This document shows positions 20,279 to 30,828 of a DNA stretch of 64,000 nucleotides, piece after piece (position 1 is the first letter of the stretch; every line of letters begins with the position of its first letter). Made by a program: the position numbers and the translations under genes. Source of the DNA: Alphaproteobacteria bacterium (GTDB taxonomy: Bacteria; Pseudomonadota; Alphaproteobacteria; RF32; CAG-239); NCBI GenBank assembly GCA_017467515.1, contig JAFUSU010000004.1, positions 621-64,620 of the forward strand. The letters are read 5' to 3'. The notes under the pieces were generated by a model. It saw only the letters and a list, made by a program, of their open reading frames with translations, did no database searches and was not told the DNA's origin.

Positions 20279-23200
20279 CTATCTGTTGACGCGACCTCTT
20301 GACCGTCTGTATATCTCCTCTTGTGTTAAAGCCGTTCCATACGGTTGCTGAGTAGAATTTTCTTGAGAATTTGTTGCTGTTACGGTAGCATCTGTTTTTG
20401 AAAAAGAATCTCTCAGATGTTCCCATTTCCGTTTGAGCCAAGATTTTTTCTCTGAACCTTCCAGTTCTTGAACCGGTTTATCTTTTTCTTCCGCATGCTT
20501 GGTTGTTTCCGGTTTTTCAGGTCTTTTAAACTTATCTTTCAAACGGTCTGTCGCCTCTTTGGATAGCTTTTCTTGCTGTGTTAAGTGCTCTGTATTACCG
20601 GCATTAGCACCAATGCGATCTCGTAAAGATTGGGATCTGTCGCCTTCGTAATCAAGGAATGTCAATCCGATAACGAGGCTATCCGCATTATTCTGTGGGG
20701 TTTCTAAAATACGGTTGTGAATAGCGTATGTTTCACCTCTTGTATTTTCATCAAAGCCCGGATCAACATATTCACCGTGACCGTAAGAAAATTTATCAAT
20801 ACCTGTATAAGCAACCATACCAACGCTATTGACATTACCTTCATTTTGCATACCGACACCTTGCTCGATTTTCATTAATAGCTCAAAATCTTTATTGTTT
20901 AAGGTATCACCGTTAGCTAATTTTGCTTCTAAATCTTGATAAGTAAATTTATTACCGCTGTCGTCTGTGTAGCTGTAATAATCACCGGCGGTCGGTTTAC
21001 CGTCCAAATCTTCCAAAACAAAATCTTCATTAGGAACCAAATGATTCAGCTGATAAACTTTGTAAGCTAAAATTTCACTGTTTGGAATTAATTCTCCGGT
21101 TTCCGGATTGTAAGTATTCATTTCAGAATGCTCTTTTGCTAAAGCATCCAGACTTGATGTGGCGTGACTGTAATAATTATCCGGATCTCCGTGTTTGACC
21201 AAAGTGTTCGGGTCATTGTCAATATGGCGCAAGCCGTGAGAAGACTCCGGAGCTTGAAACTCGGAATTCGGTTCACCCATACGTCCTTCCGCATAAGGAT
21301 GTTCAGTTTTAAGATTATAGTCATGCGTTGTAACTTCTGATTTACCCTCAGAAACCAAAAATGCCCCTTCATCTTCCGGATTGCATATTTCACGATGATA
21401 ACCGTTTTTAGCCAGTTCATCGGGAGACATGGCTTTAAGCTCATCGCTCGGATTTGTAACGACCTGTGCATTATCTGGATCATAAGTATCATTGTGAGCA
21501 GAACCCATATAAGGTGTTAAACCGGCAGCTTCTCCTCCCAAATGAAGTCCAAATCCGGCAACGGCGGCAGCGGTTAAAGAGGTTCCGAGGTTTGTGACGG
21601 ATTTCAATAAAGCTTTACCCTTAGAATCTCCGTTTTTACGAGCGGCCTTAAAGCCTTTATAAAGTCCTCCCAAGCCGGCAACGGCAGAAGCCGCTGTTGC
21701 AAGGTATTGGACACCGAGTGCAGCACCGGCTGTCAACATAGCCATATTTGCCAGTTCTGTTTTGCTGTTTTTCAAAAAGTCCCATTTTTTTAATTTTTTG
21801 CCTTGTGCTTCCGCTTGTTTTTTTTGAGCTTTATATCTTTGCCAGAGGCGGAGAGATGATGTTCCGGCAACATAAGCGGCATAAACAAAATTACCGCCCG
21901 GAATAAATTGAGAACCGTATCTGGCCGCCATATTTGCGGTTTGCCACAAGGCGCTGGTGGCTACGGCACGACTGAATTTTTTAGCTTGAGAATAAGCAGG
22001 GTCAAAACGAGTGATGCAAGTTTTATCAAACTTTTTAACACTGGTTGCCATTTGGGCTAAAGCAGGAGCATTTGTCCCGATTTTTTGCCCTAAACGATGT
22101 AAATACCCCATATTGTCATTTGTGTATTGAGCAAAATGAGCAATACCGGCTTTGCTTGCTATATTATATTTTTTAGATTCGCCTTGGGAGTCTTTACCTT
22201 CACTGATGATTTTGATAATTTCTTCCATATTGGGGTTTGCGTTACCCTGACCGGCCTCGTTTGTCATCAGTAATTTAGTTAAGTGCTCGGTATAAACATT
22301 GCTTAATTCTTCACCGAGAGCTTCTTCCAATTCTTTTTTGGAAGCGCCTTTATGCTTAACGGCGACATTGCGTATAGCTTCTTTTTTGGCAGCTTCATTA
22401 AAGGAATTTATAAATTCTTCACGTTTTTGAGCATCGGTAATCGGTTGACCGTTATCATCGGTAACATTGATATTATCCCATAAATTTTTGAATTCTGCCG
22501 GAGCAGAGAATTTACCGTCTTTTTCTTCCTTATCTAAACCGGATAATGAAACGGCACGGCGGTATGTGTCGCCGATTTTATCGGCATCTTTTTCCGAGAG
22601 ATTCTCAAAACCGTTTTCTTGATCGTATTTTTTTATTTCAGCATCTAACTTTGAAATACAATCAGTTATTTCCTTATTCAAATTGTCAAGATTTTCACCT
22701 TTAACATTATCAGGCAAACGATCAATGTACTTAAGCATTGCCATAAAGCCGTCATAAACATCCGCGATGTTTGTTTGGTTAACCCCTGTTGATCCGGAAG
22801 CTAAAGTGTGAATCTTAGCTTTCATGGCATTTAAGACAATTTGCAAAGATTTAGCGTATGATGTTTTTTGGGGGACATCATTTTCCTGATTAGCGGCAGC
22901 AGTTAACCACTCAGCGGCATCAACCAAGCGTTGCGGCGGGTAAGTATCAACAAGTTGCGCTGTTGCGCCGAGTTGTAAATCGTGAAATTTTTTACGTTCT
23001 TCAGGGTTGCTGTAAACTTGAAGCTTTACTTCTTTAAGCTTTTGATCCTGTTCTTCCGGCGATAAAGAAGCAAATGAGTCATCTAATTTTTCCATATTCA
23101 TCAAAACGGCAACATCAATACCTATTCCCATATCTTTTGAGGTGACGGCAAATGGATATTTAGAATAAGGAAATTCACTTCCATTAAGAAATTGAGTATT

Positions 23201-23773
23201 GATTCCTGTGACGCGTTGCTGATTTTGGTCGGAAGTATGTGCTCTTAAATCTCGAACCGGCCCATTGTCCTTTTTATCTTCCTTTTTATCTTCTTTTTTA
23301 TTCTCGTCTTTTTTATTTTGTCTGGGCTTTTCTTCCTGTTGTTTTTGTTTGCGTTCAACCGGCCGAGAAAGGGAGTAGTTTCTCTCAATCATTTTATAAC
23401 TGTTAACGAAGGTTGATTTGGCAATGTCCTTATCTGCAGCTAAAGCAGCTATAATAGATTGACGAATATCGTCAATGTCTTCGGCAGTATTATATTTTGA
23501 AATATAGTCGTTACGATGTGAGGCTAAAAAATTTCTAATAGCATCGATTCTTTTTTGACGATTTTCTTCAGTTATATTAACACCATCGCCAAAATCTTTG
23601 AGATCAGAAAAATCCTTACCTAAAGCAACAGCCTCCCGAAGAACTTTTTCTCGGGCGATCATCTTCTCTTTGAAGAAGGCTTTGTCTGGAGCCCCTTCAT
23701 ATTCGGAATGTTTTTCAGCTCCTTGGTTTTCATAAGTTTCTTGAAACCATTTATCAAAATCAAAATCTGCCAT
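20279..23773 (-). CDS. Large hypothetical protein (1164 aa) with a central Gly/Ala-rich hydrophobic hairpin region
   Basis: Long uninterrupted ORF, no signal peptide. Lys/Glu low-complexity KKDENKKEDKKEDKKDNG. Central predicted membrane-inserting stretches (ANMAMLTAGAALGVQYLATAASAVAGLGGLY; LGTSLTAAAVAGFGLHLGG). Basic C-terminal tail. Confidence 0.6.
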   Translation of the reverse strand: MADFDFDKWFQETYENQGAEKHSEYEGAPDKAFFKEKMIAREKVLREAVALGKDFSDLKDFGDGVNITEENRQKRIDAIRNFLASHRNDYISKYNTAEDIDDIRQSIIAALAADKDIAKSTFVNSYKMIERNYSLSRPVERKQKQQEEKPRQNKKDENKKEDKKEDKKDNGPVRDLRAHTSDQNQQRVTGINTQFLNGSEFPYSKYPFAVTSKDMGIGIDVAVLMNMEKLDDSFASLSPEEQDQKLKEVKLQVYSNPEERKKFHDLQLGATAQLVDTYPPQRLVDAAEWLTAAANQENDVPQKTSYAKSLQIVLNAMKAKIHTLASGSTGVNQTNIADVYDGFMAMLKYIDRLPDNVKGENLDNLNKEITDCISKLDAEIKKYDQENGFENLSEKDADKIGDTYRRAVSLSGLDKEEKDGKFSAPAEFKNLWDNINVTDDNGQPITDAQKREEFINSFNEAAKKEAIRNVAVKHKGASKKELEEALGEELSNVYTEHLTKLLMTNEAGQGNANPNMEEIIKIISEGKDSQGESKKYNIASKAGIAHFAQYTNDNMGYLHRLGQKIGTNAPALAQMATSVKKFDKTCITRFDPAYSQAKKFSRAVATSALWQTANMAARYGSQFIPGGNFVYAAYVAGTSSLRLWQRYKAQKKQAEAQGKKLKKWDFLKNSKTELANMAMLTAGAALGVQYLATAASAVAGLGGLYKGFKAARKNGDSKGKALLKSVTNLGTSLTAAAVAGFGLHLGGEAAGLTPYMGSAHNDTYDPDNAQVVTNPSDELKAMSPDELAKNGYHREICNPEDEGAFLVSEGKSEVTTHDYNLKTEHPYAEGRMGEPNSEFQAPESSHGLRHIDNDPNTLVKHGDPDNYYSHATSSLDALAKEHSEMNTYNPETGELIPNSEILAYKVYQLNHLVPNEDFVLEDLDGKPTAGDYYSYTDDSGNKFTYQDLEAKLANGDTLNNKDFELLMKIEQGVGMQNEGNVNSVGMVAYTGIDKFSYGHGEYVDPGFDENTRGETYAIHNRILETPQNNADSLVIGLTFLDYEGDRSQSLRDRIGANAGNTEHLTQQEKLSKEATDRLKDKFKRPEKPETTKHAEEKDKPVQELEGSEKKSWLKRKWEHLRDSFSKTDATVTATNSQENSTQQPYGTALTQEEIYRRSRGRVNR

Positions 23774-23972
23774 TGCCGTTCTCCGATAAAAGTTTAACTA
23801 ATTCAAATATAACAAACTTTCACAATCTTGTCAATATTTTGTCTAAAATAAAAATTTCACCGCAAAATGTCTGTTTTTTAAAGAGGATTTTGCTAAAATC
23901 ACTTGCCTTTTTATATTAAACACCCTAAATAAAGAATCAGTTAATAAAAAGGCAGTTTTTAGTAGAAAGATT

Positions 23973-25130
23973 ATGAGTGATTTTGATTATTACGAAGTGT
24001 TGGGTGTATCTAAAACAGCAACGGCTGATGAATTGAAACACGCTTACCGCACACAGGCAATGAAATATCATCCGGACCGCAATCCGAATAACCCTGAAGC
24101 TGAGAGCAAATTTAAAGAAATAAATGAAGCCTATGATGTTTTGAAAGATGAACAAAAGCGTGCTGCGTATGATCGGTACGGTAAACAAGCTTTTCAAAAC
24201 GGAGGAATGGGCGGAGGAAATCCCTTTGGCGGCGGTTTCGGTTTTGATTTTAACGGCGGTGGTTTTGGTGATATTTTCGGTGATATTTTTTCCGAATTTA
24301 TGGGAGGAGGCGCTCGCCAGCGCTCTAATCCGAATGCACCGCAAGACGGGGCTGATTTGCGCTATAATCTGACTGTAACCCTTGAAGAAGCTTACAACGG
24401 GGTAGAAAAAGAAATCACGGTTCCGCACGCAGAGTTATGCGAAGATTGTCATGGTTTCGGAACGGCGGACGGCAAAGAAGCACCTGTTTGTACAACTTGT
24501 CACGGACGAGGAAAGGTTCAATCGCAAAAAGGCGGTTTCTTTATTGTGGAAACAACTTGTCCGACCTGTAAGGGGAAAGGGCGTATTGTTAAAGAAAGCT
24601 GTAAAAAATGTCACGGTGAAGGCTTGATTCACACTGAAAAGCAAATCAAAATTAAAATTCCGGCAGGTGTGGAAACGGATACGCGTATGCGTGTTGCCGG
24701 TGGTGGAGAAGCTGGTTTGCGCGGTGGTCAAGATGGGGATCTGTACGTTTTTATTGATGTCATCCCGCATAAGCTATATTCTCGTGAAGGAGCAAATCTT
24801 TATACAACTGTTCCAATTTCAATGGCGTGCGCGGCTTTAGGCGGAAAAGTGGAAATACCGAGTATTGACGGACGAAGTATTTTGATTAATGTTCCCGCTG
24901 GAACACAAACGAATCAACAATTAAAGGTTGGTAATGAAGGAATGCCGATTATTCGTTCTAAGCATAAGGGGGACTTGTTTGTTCGCTTTGCTGTTGAAAC
25001 ACCGGTAAATCTATCCAAGAGGCAAAAGGAATTGTTGGAGGAGTTTCGGGCGTTGAGTGAAGATGATAAGTGTCAGCCCCAAACCAAAGGCTTTATGGAT
25101 AAGATAAAAGATTTATTCAAAGCCGCATAA
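23973..25130 (+). CDS. dnaJ: Chaperone DnaJ
   Basis: J domain (YHPDRNP), G/F-rich region and four CxxCxGxG zinc-finger repeats. 385 aa. Confidence 0.95.
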   Translation: MSDFDYYEVLGVSKTATADELKHAYRTQAMKYHPDRNPNNPEAESKFKEINEAYDVLKDEQKRAAYDRYGKQAFQNGGMGGGNPFGGGFGFDFNGGGFGDIFGDIFSEFMGGGARQRSNPNAPQDGADLRYNLTVTLEEAYNGVEKEITVPHAELCEDCHGFGTADGKEAPVCTTCHGRGKVQSQKGGFFIVETTCPTCKGKGRIVKESCKKCHGEGLIHTEKQIKIKIPAGVETDTRMRVAGGGEAGLRGGQDGDLYVFIDVIPHKLYSREGANLYTTVPISMACAALGGKVEIPSIDGRSILINVPAGTQTNQQLKVGNEGMPIIRSKHKGDLFVRFAVETPVNLSKRQKELLEEFRALSEDDKCQPQTKGFMDKIKDLFKAA

Positions 25131-25146
25131 TTTTTAGAAACAAAAA

Positions 25147-25178
25147 AACGCCTTGTCTATAAAAAGACAGGCGTTTTT
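25147..25178 (+). terminator. Rho-independent terminator after dnaJ
   Basis: aaacgccttgtct...agacaggcgt hairpin followed by T8. Confidence 0.5.
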
Positions 25179-25182
25179 TTTG

Positions 25183-25428
25183 TTAGTTTTTTTTATGCTC
25201 CATTCTCACGCTTTTGTGGGAATGTCCACAATTCCTCTTTACTCCCTGAGAGGTTTTTTCTTTCTTAACAGGAGATTCTCTTTTTAAGGAAGGGGCATCA
25301 TCAGATTGCACAGAAGAATCAACAGAAACAGCCATTGGCAGTATTTTATATTCCGGCAACCGCTCAATTCCTACACTCAAAACGTTAGCGACAAAACCAA
25401 CGCCTGCAGCAAACTCTTGATCATTCAT
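25183..25428 (-). CDS. Small hypothetical protein (81 aa), doubtful
   Basis: ORF bracketed by the dnaJ and dnaK terminators. Possible TTGACA -35 element upstream on the minus strand, but no convincing RBS. Confidence 0.25.
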   Translation of the reverse strand: MNDQEFAAGVGFVANVLSVGIERLPEYKILPMAVSVDSSVQSDDAPSLKRESPVKKEKTSQGVKRNCGHSHKSVRMEHKKN

Positions 25429-25507
25429 AATACTATATTTTTAATATATTAATAAATAAAGAAATTAAATAAAATTTAATAGATTTGAATTTTTTGTCAA
25501 GTATCTT

Positions 25508-25536
25508 CATACAAAAAAACGCGGTAGAATACCGCG
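25508..25536 (-). terminator. Rho-independent terminator downstream of dnaK (bidirectional by sequence)
   Basis: acgcggta-gaa-taccgcgt hairpin with an A7 run on one side and T8 on the other, 20 nt past the dnaK stop. Confidence 0.55.
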
Positions 25537-25556
25537 TTTTTTTTGCAGAGATTAAG

Positions 25557-27464
25557 TTATTTAACTTCTTCAAAGTCAGCATCAACAACTTTTTCGTCGC
25601 CACCGGTCGGATTGGCTTCAGCACCTTGAGCCCCGGCACCGGCAGCACCGGCTTCCGGTGCAGCTTGTTTGTACATAGCTTCACCGAGCTTCAAAGAAGC
25701 CTGCATCAAAGTTTCTGTTTTTTCTTTGATGGCAGCCAAATCTTCGCCTTCTGCCGCTTTTTTCAAAGCTTCCATTGCAGTTTCTATAGAACCTTTTTCT
25801 GCGGCACTGATTTTATCGCCGTGTTCTTTTAAGGTCTTTTCTGTGGCGTGGATTAAGCCTTCAGCTTGGTTCTTAGCTTCGACCAATTCTTTCTTTTGCT
25901 TATCGGCTTGAGCATTAGCTTCTGCATCTTTAACCATTTTTTCAATGTCGGCATCGCTTAAACCGCCACTTGCCTGAATGCGAATGGCTTGCTCTTTATT
26001 GGTTGCTTTATCTTTTGCAGAAACGTTAACAATACCGTTAGCATCAATATCAAAGGTAACTTCAATTTGCGGCATACCGCGCGGAGCCGGAGGAATACCG
26101 ACCAAATCAAACTGACCGAGTAATTTGTTATCTTGAGCCATTTCACGTTCACCTTGGAAAACGCGAATGGTAACAGCTGTTTGACCATCTTCAGCTGTAG
26201 AGAAAACTTGAGATTTACGTGTCGGAATAGTGGTATTGCGGTCAATCAAACGAGTGAACACACCGCCTAATGTTTCAATACCCAAAGACAACGGGGTAAC
26301 ATCAAGCAATAACACATCTTTAACATCGCCCATTAAGACACCGCCCTGAATAGCGGCACCGACAGCGACAACTTCATCAGGGTTAACACCTTTATGAGGT
26401 TCTTTACCGAAGATTTCTTTAACTTTCTCTTGAACTTTCGGCATACGAGTCATACCACCGACCAAAATAACTTCACTGATTTCGCTGGCTTTAATTCCGG
26501 CATCAGCCAAAGCTTTGCGGCAAGGTTCGACGGTACGTTCAATCAAGTCTTCGACCAATGATTCTAATTTAGCACGGGTTAACTTGATGTTCAGGTGTTT
26601 CGGTCCTGTTGCATCGGCAGTAATAAACGGCAAATTAATGTCTGTCTGTGTAACGGAAGATAATTCTATTTTAGCTTTTTCAGCAGCTTCTTTCAAACGT
26701 TGCAAAGCTAAACGATCATTTTTCAAATCAATACCGGATTCTTTTTTAAATTCTTCTGTTAAATAAGTAACCAAACGTTGGTCAAAATCTTCACCGCCGA
26801 GGAAGGTATCACCGTTTGTTGATTTAACTTCAAAAACGCCATCACCGATTTCCAAAATGGAAATATCAAAAGTACCGCCACCAAGGTCATAAACGGCAAT
26901 TGTTCCGTTAGCTTTTTTATCCATACCGTAAGCCAATGCTGCGGCTGTCGGTTCGTTGATAATACGTAAAACATCTAAGCCCGCAATTTTACCGGCATCT
27001 TTTGTTGCCTGACGTTGAGAGTCGTTAAAATAAGCCGGAACGGTGATAACGGCTTTATCAACGGTTTCTCCTAAATAACTTTCGGCATATTCTTTGATTT
27101 TTTGTAAAACAATAGCAGAAATTTGAGAAGGAGCATATTTTTCACCCTTAACCTCAACCCAAGCATCGCCATTGTCTCCGTTTATAATCTTAAAAGGAAC
27201 AAGAGCTTTATCTTTTGCAACTTCAGGAGAATCAAAACGACGGCCGATTAAACGTTTAATGGCAAATAATGTGTTTTCAGGATTTGTAACAGCCTGACGC
27301 TTTGCCGGAAAACCAACCAATCTTTCATCATCCGTAAAAGCAACCATAGAAGGAGTTGTTCTTGCGCCTTCACTGTTTTCCAAAACTTTAGGGTCCTTAC
27401 CTTCCATAATAGCAAAACAGGAGTTTGTTGTTCCTAAATCAATACCAATTACTTTATTACTCAT
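25557..27464 (-). CDS. dnaK: Chaperone DnaK (Hsp70)
   Basis: [22 protein letters not shown]... with Hsp70 signatures throughout. 635 aa. Confidence 0.97.
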   Translation of the reverse strand: MSNKVIGIDLGTTNSCFAIMEGKDPKVLENSEGARTTPSMVAFTDDERLVGFPAKRQAVTNPENTLFAIKRLIGRRFDSPEVAKDKALVPFKIINGDNGDAWVEVKGEKYAPSQISAIVLQKIKEYAESYLGETVDKAVITVPAYFNDSQRQATKDAGKIAGLDVLRIINEPTAAALAYGMDKKANGTIAVYDLGGGTFDISILEIGDGVFEVKSTNGDTFLGGEDFDQRLVTYLTEEFKKESGIDLKNDRLALQRLKEAAEKAKIELSSVTQTDINLPFITADATGPKHLNIKLTRAKLESLVEDLIERTVEPCRKALADAGIKASEISEVILVGGMTRMPKVQEKVKEIFGKEPHKGVNPDEVVAVGAAIQGGVLMGDVKDVLLLDVTPLSLGIETLGGVFTRLIDRNTTIPTRKSQVFSTAEDGQTAVTIRVFQGEREMAQDNKLLGQFDLVGIPPAPRGMPQIEVTFDIDANGIVNVSAKDKATNKEQAIRIQASGGLSDADIEKMVKDAEANAQADKQKKELVEAKNQAEGLIHATEKTLKEHGDKISAAEKGSIETAMEALKKAAEGEDLAAIKEKTETLMQASLKLGEAMYKQAAPEAGAAGAGAQGAEANPTGGDEKVVDADFEEVK

Positions 27465-27504
27465 AATTTAATGTCCCTCAATAAATTAAAATCTCATTCT
27501 AAAA

Positions 27505-27540
27505 GGTTATATAGGAAGTGATTTTGCCAAGCGCAAGAGC
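27505..27540 (-). promoter_or_regulatory. Candidate sigma-32 (RpoH)-type heat-shock promoter for dnaK
   Basis: On the minus strand: CTTGCGC - 15 nt - CCTATATAA, compared with the consensus CTTGAAA-N13-15-CCCCATNT. About 40 nt upstream of the dnaK start. Confidence 0.35.
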
Positions 27541-27586
27541 AAAGGCAAAAAAAATGCATTTTTTATAAGAAAATGAAATAAAAAAA

Positions 27587-29077
27587 TTAAAGATTATTTT
27601 TAATTGTATATGCTGTGGAATTTTCAACAACGGATTCGGCTAATTCTAAATCTTCGGGCGTCGCAGTGTAAATCTTATATAAAGGCTCTCCGGCTTTAAC
27701 AACATCACCGGTTTTTTTGAATAAATCAATGCCGGCACCGGTATTTTGGCGAACGCCCGCCCAAATGCCGATTCGATTAATTTGCATATTATCAATTGCC
27801 GTAATTTCTCCGCTTTCCGGAGCTAAAACTTCTCGTGTAAATTCGCCTAAAACAGGCTGTTCTTTTTTGCCTTGAGCTTTAATCATATCATTTAGTTTTT
27901 CAAAAGCACGTCCGGATTTTAAAATTTCTTCTGCTGTGCTATATCCTTGTCCGCCGCGTAATTTAGGATCAAATTCTAAAATACGACCGGCTAAGAATAA
28001 TGATTTTTCAAGCAAATCCTGAGGGGCATTAGGTTTATTTTTCAAAACCTGAACGACATCACGGGCCTCTAAAACAGCGCCAATGCCATTACCGATCGGT
28101 TCTTGTCCATCGGTAATAACAACTTCGATATCCATACCCAGTCGGTCACCGGCAAATTCTGCCAGTTTACGCAGGCGAATTGCTTCGTATGTTGTTTTAA
28201 CGCGAGATTTTTCCCCGACCGGAATATCGATTAACAAATGCGTTATGCCGGCAGAAAGCTTAATGGCTAAAATAGATGTCAGTAGAAATTCTTGTTGTGT
28301 TAAACCCAAATGTCTTTCAACGTTAGAAATAGATTTAACGGCTTCGGCAATGTCCAACGGTTCATAATCGGCAATGACGGCACGATTTGTTTCTGCTAAT
28401 TCAATAAAACGTTCCTGTGTCAGATGAACATTTGTTAATATTCCCATTGTGTCGGCCACGCTGGCACAAGAAGTTGTTGACTTGGCAACTGTTTTCGGAA
28501 TCATCAACCCGTAAGCGCCGACAATAGCAGCAATGATAATATCCGTCTTGTTTCCCGGAATTCCGCCCAAGCAGTGGTGATCAACAACAATATTGTCATA
28601 TTTCCAGTCAATTTTTGAGCTGTTAACTAATGCATCAGTCAGACTCAGAACTTCATTAGCGCTAATGAAAGTTCCTCCGGCAACAATAAAAGAAGCGATA
28701 TCAATATTAGAATATCGGCGATTAATGATGTCTTTGATGATAAATTTATAATCTTGAGGCGACAGAATGTTGCCGGCAATTTTCCTCTTTAATGCCGCAC
28801 GGCTTGGAGCCGGAGCCGCCAAGCTGATAGAAACAGGAGTACCCTCGGATTCTCCTAAATCCGTAAAAGCTTCTCGATTAAGACCGATTTCATTGGAAGC
28901 TACCAAAGACTCATCTTCAACAATCTGCAAAAAAGCATAAATTTTGCTGGTTTCCGTTTGAATCTCAACTTGAGAAAGTGCTGAAATATCTTCAATAGCA
29001 TATTCCAGACAATTTTTATTTAAGTACGCAATATTTTCATTAAAAGACTTAATATTAATATATTTTAATGAAAGCAT
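27587..29077 (-). CDS. Thymidine/pyrimidine-nucleoside phosphorylase family protein (long form)
   Basis: 496 aa with a glycosyltransferase family 3 / nucleoside phosphorylase fold (HCLGGIPGNKTDIIIAAIVGAYG; C-terminal VKAGEPLYKIY domain). Confidence 0.7.
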   Translation of the reverse strand: MLSLKYINIKSFNENIAYLNKNCLEYAIEDISALSQVEIQTETSKIYAFLQIVEDESLVASNEIGLNREAFTDLGESEGTPVSISLAAPAPSRAALKRKIAGNILSPQDYKFIIKDIINRRYSNIDIASFIVAGGTFISANEVLSLTDALVNSSKIDWKYDNIVVDHHCLGGIPGNKTDIIIAAIVGAYGLMIPKTVAKSTTSCASVADTMGILTNVHLTQERFIELAETNRAVIADYEPLDIAEAVKSISNVERHLGLTQQEFLLTSILAIKLSAGITHLLIDIPVGEKSRVKTTYEAIRLRKLAEFAGDRLGMDIEVVITDGQEPIGNGIGAVLEARDVVQVLKNKPNAPQDLLEKSLFLAGRILEFDPKLRGGQGYSTAEEILKSGRAFEKLNDMIKAQGKKEQPVLGEFTREVLAPESGEITAIDNMQINRIGIWAGVRQNTGAGIDLFKKTGDVVKAGEPLYKIYTATPEDLELAESVVENSTAYTIKNNL

Positions 29078-29091
29078 ACTTTTTCTCCTTA

Positions 29092-29988
29092 TTAACTGGC
29101 TGAGGATTTATCTTCAATTAAAGGGCGATTAATGGCCGGTTTTTTATGCGTTAAAATGCTGATAACTTTAACCAAAGTTTCTTTCATTTCTGAACGTGTC
29201 ACCACAATATCAACCATACCGTGCTCCAGTAAATATTCAGCTCGTTGAAATCCTTCCGGTAATTTTTCACGAATGGTCTGTTCAATAACGCGGGCGCCGG
29301 CAAACCCGATAATGCACCCTTTTTCAGCAATATGAATATCCCCAAGCATTGCAAAAGAGGCTGAAACACCACCTGTCGTCGGATCGGTTAAAATAGAAAT
29401 GTAAGGAATGCCTTTTTCCTTTACCTGATTAATGGCAGCCGTTGTTCTGGCCATTTGCATTAATGATAAAATACCTTCCTGCATGCGAGCACCACCCGAT
29501 GCGGTAACGATAATGAGCGGAAAATTATTACGTGCGGACAATTCGGCGGCTTTAACAATGCCCTCGCCGACAGCCATTCCCATAGATCCGCCCATAAAAG
29601 CAAAATCCATAGCGGCAACAACACAAGGGATTCCGCCTATTTCTCCCTGAGCAACGCGGATAGCATCATTTTGTCCGGTCGCTTTGCGATAAGAACGCAA
29701 GCGATCAACATAACGCTTAGAATCCTTAAATTTCAAAGGATCTTCTTTAGGGTGAGGTAAGGCTATTTCTTTATATTCTCCGTCAAAAAGCATTTTCAGG
29801 CGTTTGTCGACATATAAACGCAAATGATGTCCGCATTCTGTGCAGACATACATACTCTTTTTGAGCTCTTTAGAAAAAAGCATTTTGCCGCAAACCGGAC
29901 ATTTTATCCAAAGATTATCGGCTATGTCTTCATCTTTAATGGTAACTTTTTTTACCTTAGGACGAACAAAATCTGTAATCCAATTCAT
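29092..29988 (-). CDS. accD: Acetyl-CoA carboxylase carboxyltransferase subunit beta
   Basis: N-terminal zinc ribbon CPVCGKMLFSKELKKSMYVCTECGHH and a carboxyltransferase domain. Confidence 0.9.
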   Translation of the reverse strand: MNWITDFVRPKVKKVTIKDEDIADNLWIKCPVCGKMLFSKELKKSMYVCTECGHHLRLYVDKRLKMLFDGEYKEIALPHPKEDPLKFKDSKRYVDRLRSYRKATGQNDAIRVAQGEIGGIPCVVAAMDFAFMGGSMGMAVGEGIVKAAELSARNNFPLIIVTASGGARMQEGILSLMQMARTTAAINQVKEKGIPYISILTDPTTGGVSASFAMLGDIHIAEKGCIIGFAGARVIEQTIREKLPEGFQRAEYLLEHGMVDIVVTRSEMKETLVKVISILTHKKPAINRPLIEDKSSAS

Positions 29989-30407
29989 TAAAATATTCCA
30001 TCTTCACTGATATTAACGACAGGTTCTGCTTCTTTTTTCTTGAAACGACTGAAAAATCCTTGTTTCTTGGGTTGTTCAGCGGCCTGTTTTTCTGCTTTAA
30101 TTTGCTCTAAATTTCCCTGCAAATCGGAAACGGTTTCAGATAAAATTTGTTGTTGCTTGCTCAATTTCTTGTTGGCCTTTTTCTGTTGACGCAAATCCTT
30201 ACGCAAAGGCGCATAAGACATCCACGAAAACAGGTGTCCGAGCCAAAAGCCGATAACAACAAAAAATAAGATGGCAACGCTCCAAGAAACTGTGATTTCA
30301 AGGTCAAAAGGCCATAGGCTGAAAGTTGCCAAATCATTATTTACAAAAGAAAAAATCAATATAACGATAATAATAGGCAGGCCGATTAATATTTTTACAA
30401 ATCCCAT
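29988..30407 (-). CDS. LapA-like (DUF1049) inner-membrane protein
   Basis: 139 aa with two N-terminal TM helices and a charged coiled-coil tail. Position next to ihfB is typical. Confidence 0.5.
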   Translation of the reverse strand: MGFVKILIGLPIIIVILIFSFVNNDLATFSLWPFDLEITVSWSVAILFFVVIGFWLGHLFSWMSYAPLRKDLRQQKKANKKLSKQQQILSETVSDLQGNLEQIKAEKQAAEQPKKQGFFSRFKKKEAEPVVNISEDGIF

Positions 30408-30436
30408 AGCATCACCTCTTATCTGAAGTTGATGAA

Positions 30437-30718
30437 TTATTTTTTGTTCAATAATTCGTGTAATTGTTTACCTGTTTTAAAGTGAGGAATTTTTCTCTCT
30501 TCTACTTTAACTTTTGCGCCGGTTCTCGGATTTTTAGCAATGCGCGGGGTGCGCGTTCTGACAGAAAACGCTCCGAAACCGCGAAACTCAACACGGTCAC
30601 CTTCCGCTAAGGAGGAAATAATCTTATCTAAGACCGTTGTTACAATTCGATCAACATCTTTAAGTGTCAAGTGCGGATTTTTTGCTAAAATTTTTTCAAT
30701 TAATTCTGATTTTGTCAC
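30437..30718 (-). CDS. ihfB: Integration host factor subunit beta
   Basis: [10 protein letters not shown]... with [24 protein letters not shown], the IHF/HU fold with an IhfB-type N-terminus. Confidence 0.85.
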   Translation of the reverse strand: MTKSELIEKILAKNPHLTLKDVDRIVTTVLDKIISSLAEGDRVEFRGFGAFSVRTRTPRIAKNPRTGAKVKVEERKIPHFKTGKQLHELLNKK

Positions 30719-30828
30719 AATATACCTCTTTTTCAGTTTGTTTTTTTATAAGTTATCCGTTTTTGTTTTATAAATCAATATCGCAAATAAATAAAAATCA
30801 AAAAAAGTTAACAGTTATCCCACGTTTA

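Noticed and set aside
21139-21492. 117-aa minus-strand ORF in a different frame inside the 1164-aa gene
   Set aside because: Fully nested within the long ORF on the same strand in another frame, with no independent start signals.
25669-26974. Several 70-95-aa ORFs (25669..25911 +, 25958..26245 -, 26515..26766 +, 26759..26974 -) inside dnaK
   Set aside because: They are embedded in or antisense to the unambiguous dnaK reading frame and are frame artefacts of a highly expressed, codon-biased gene.
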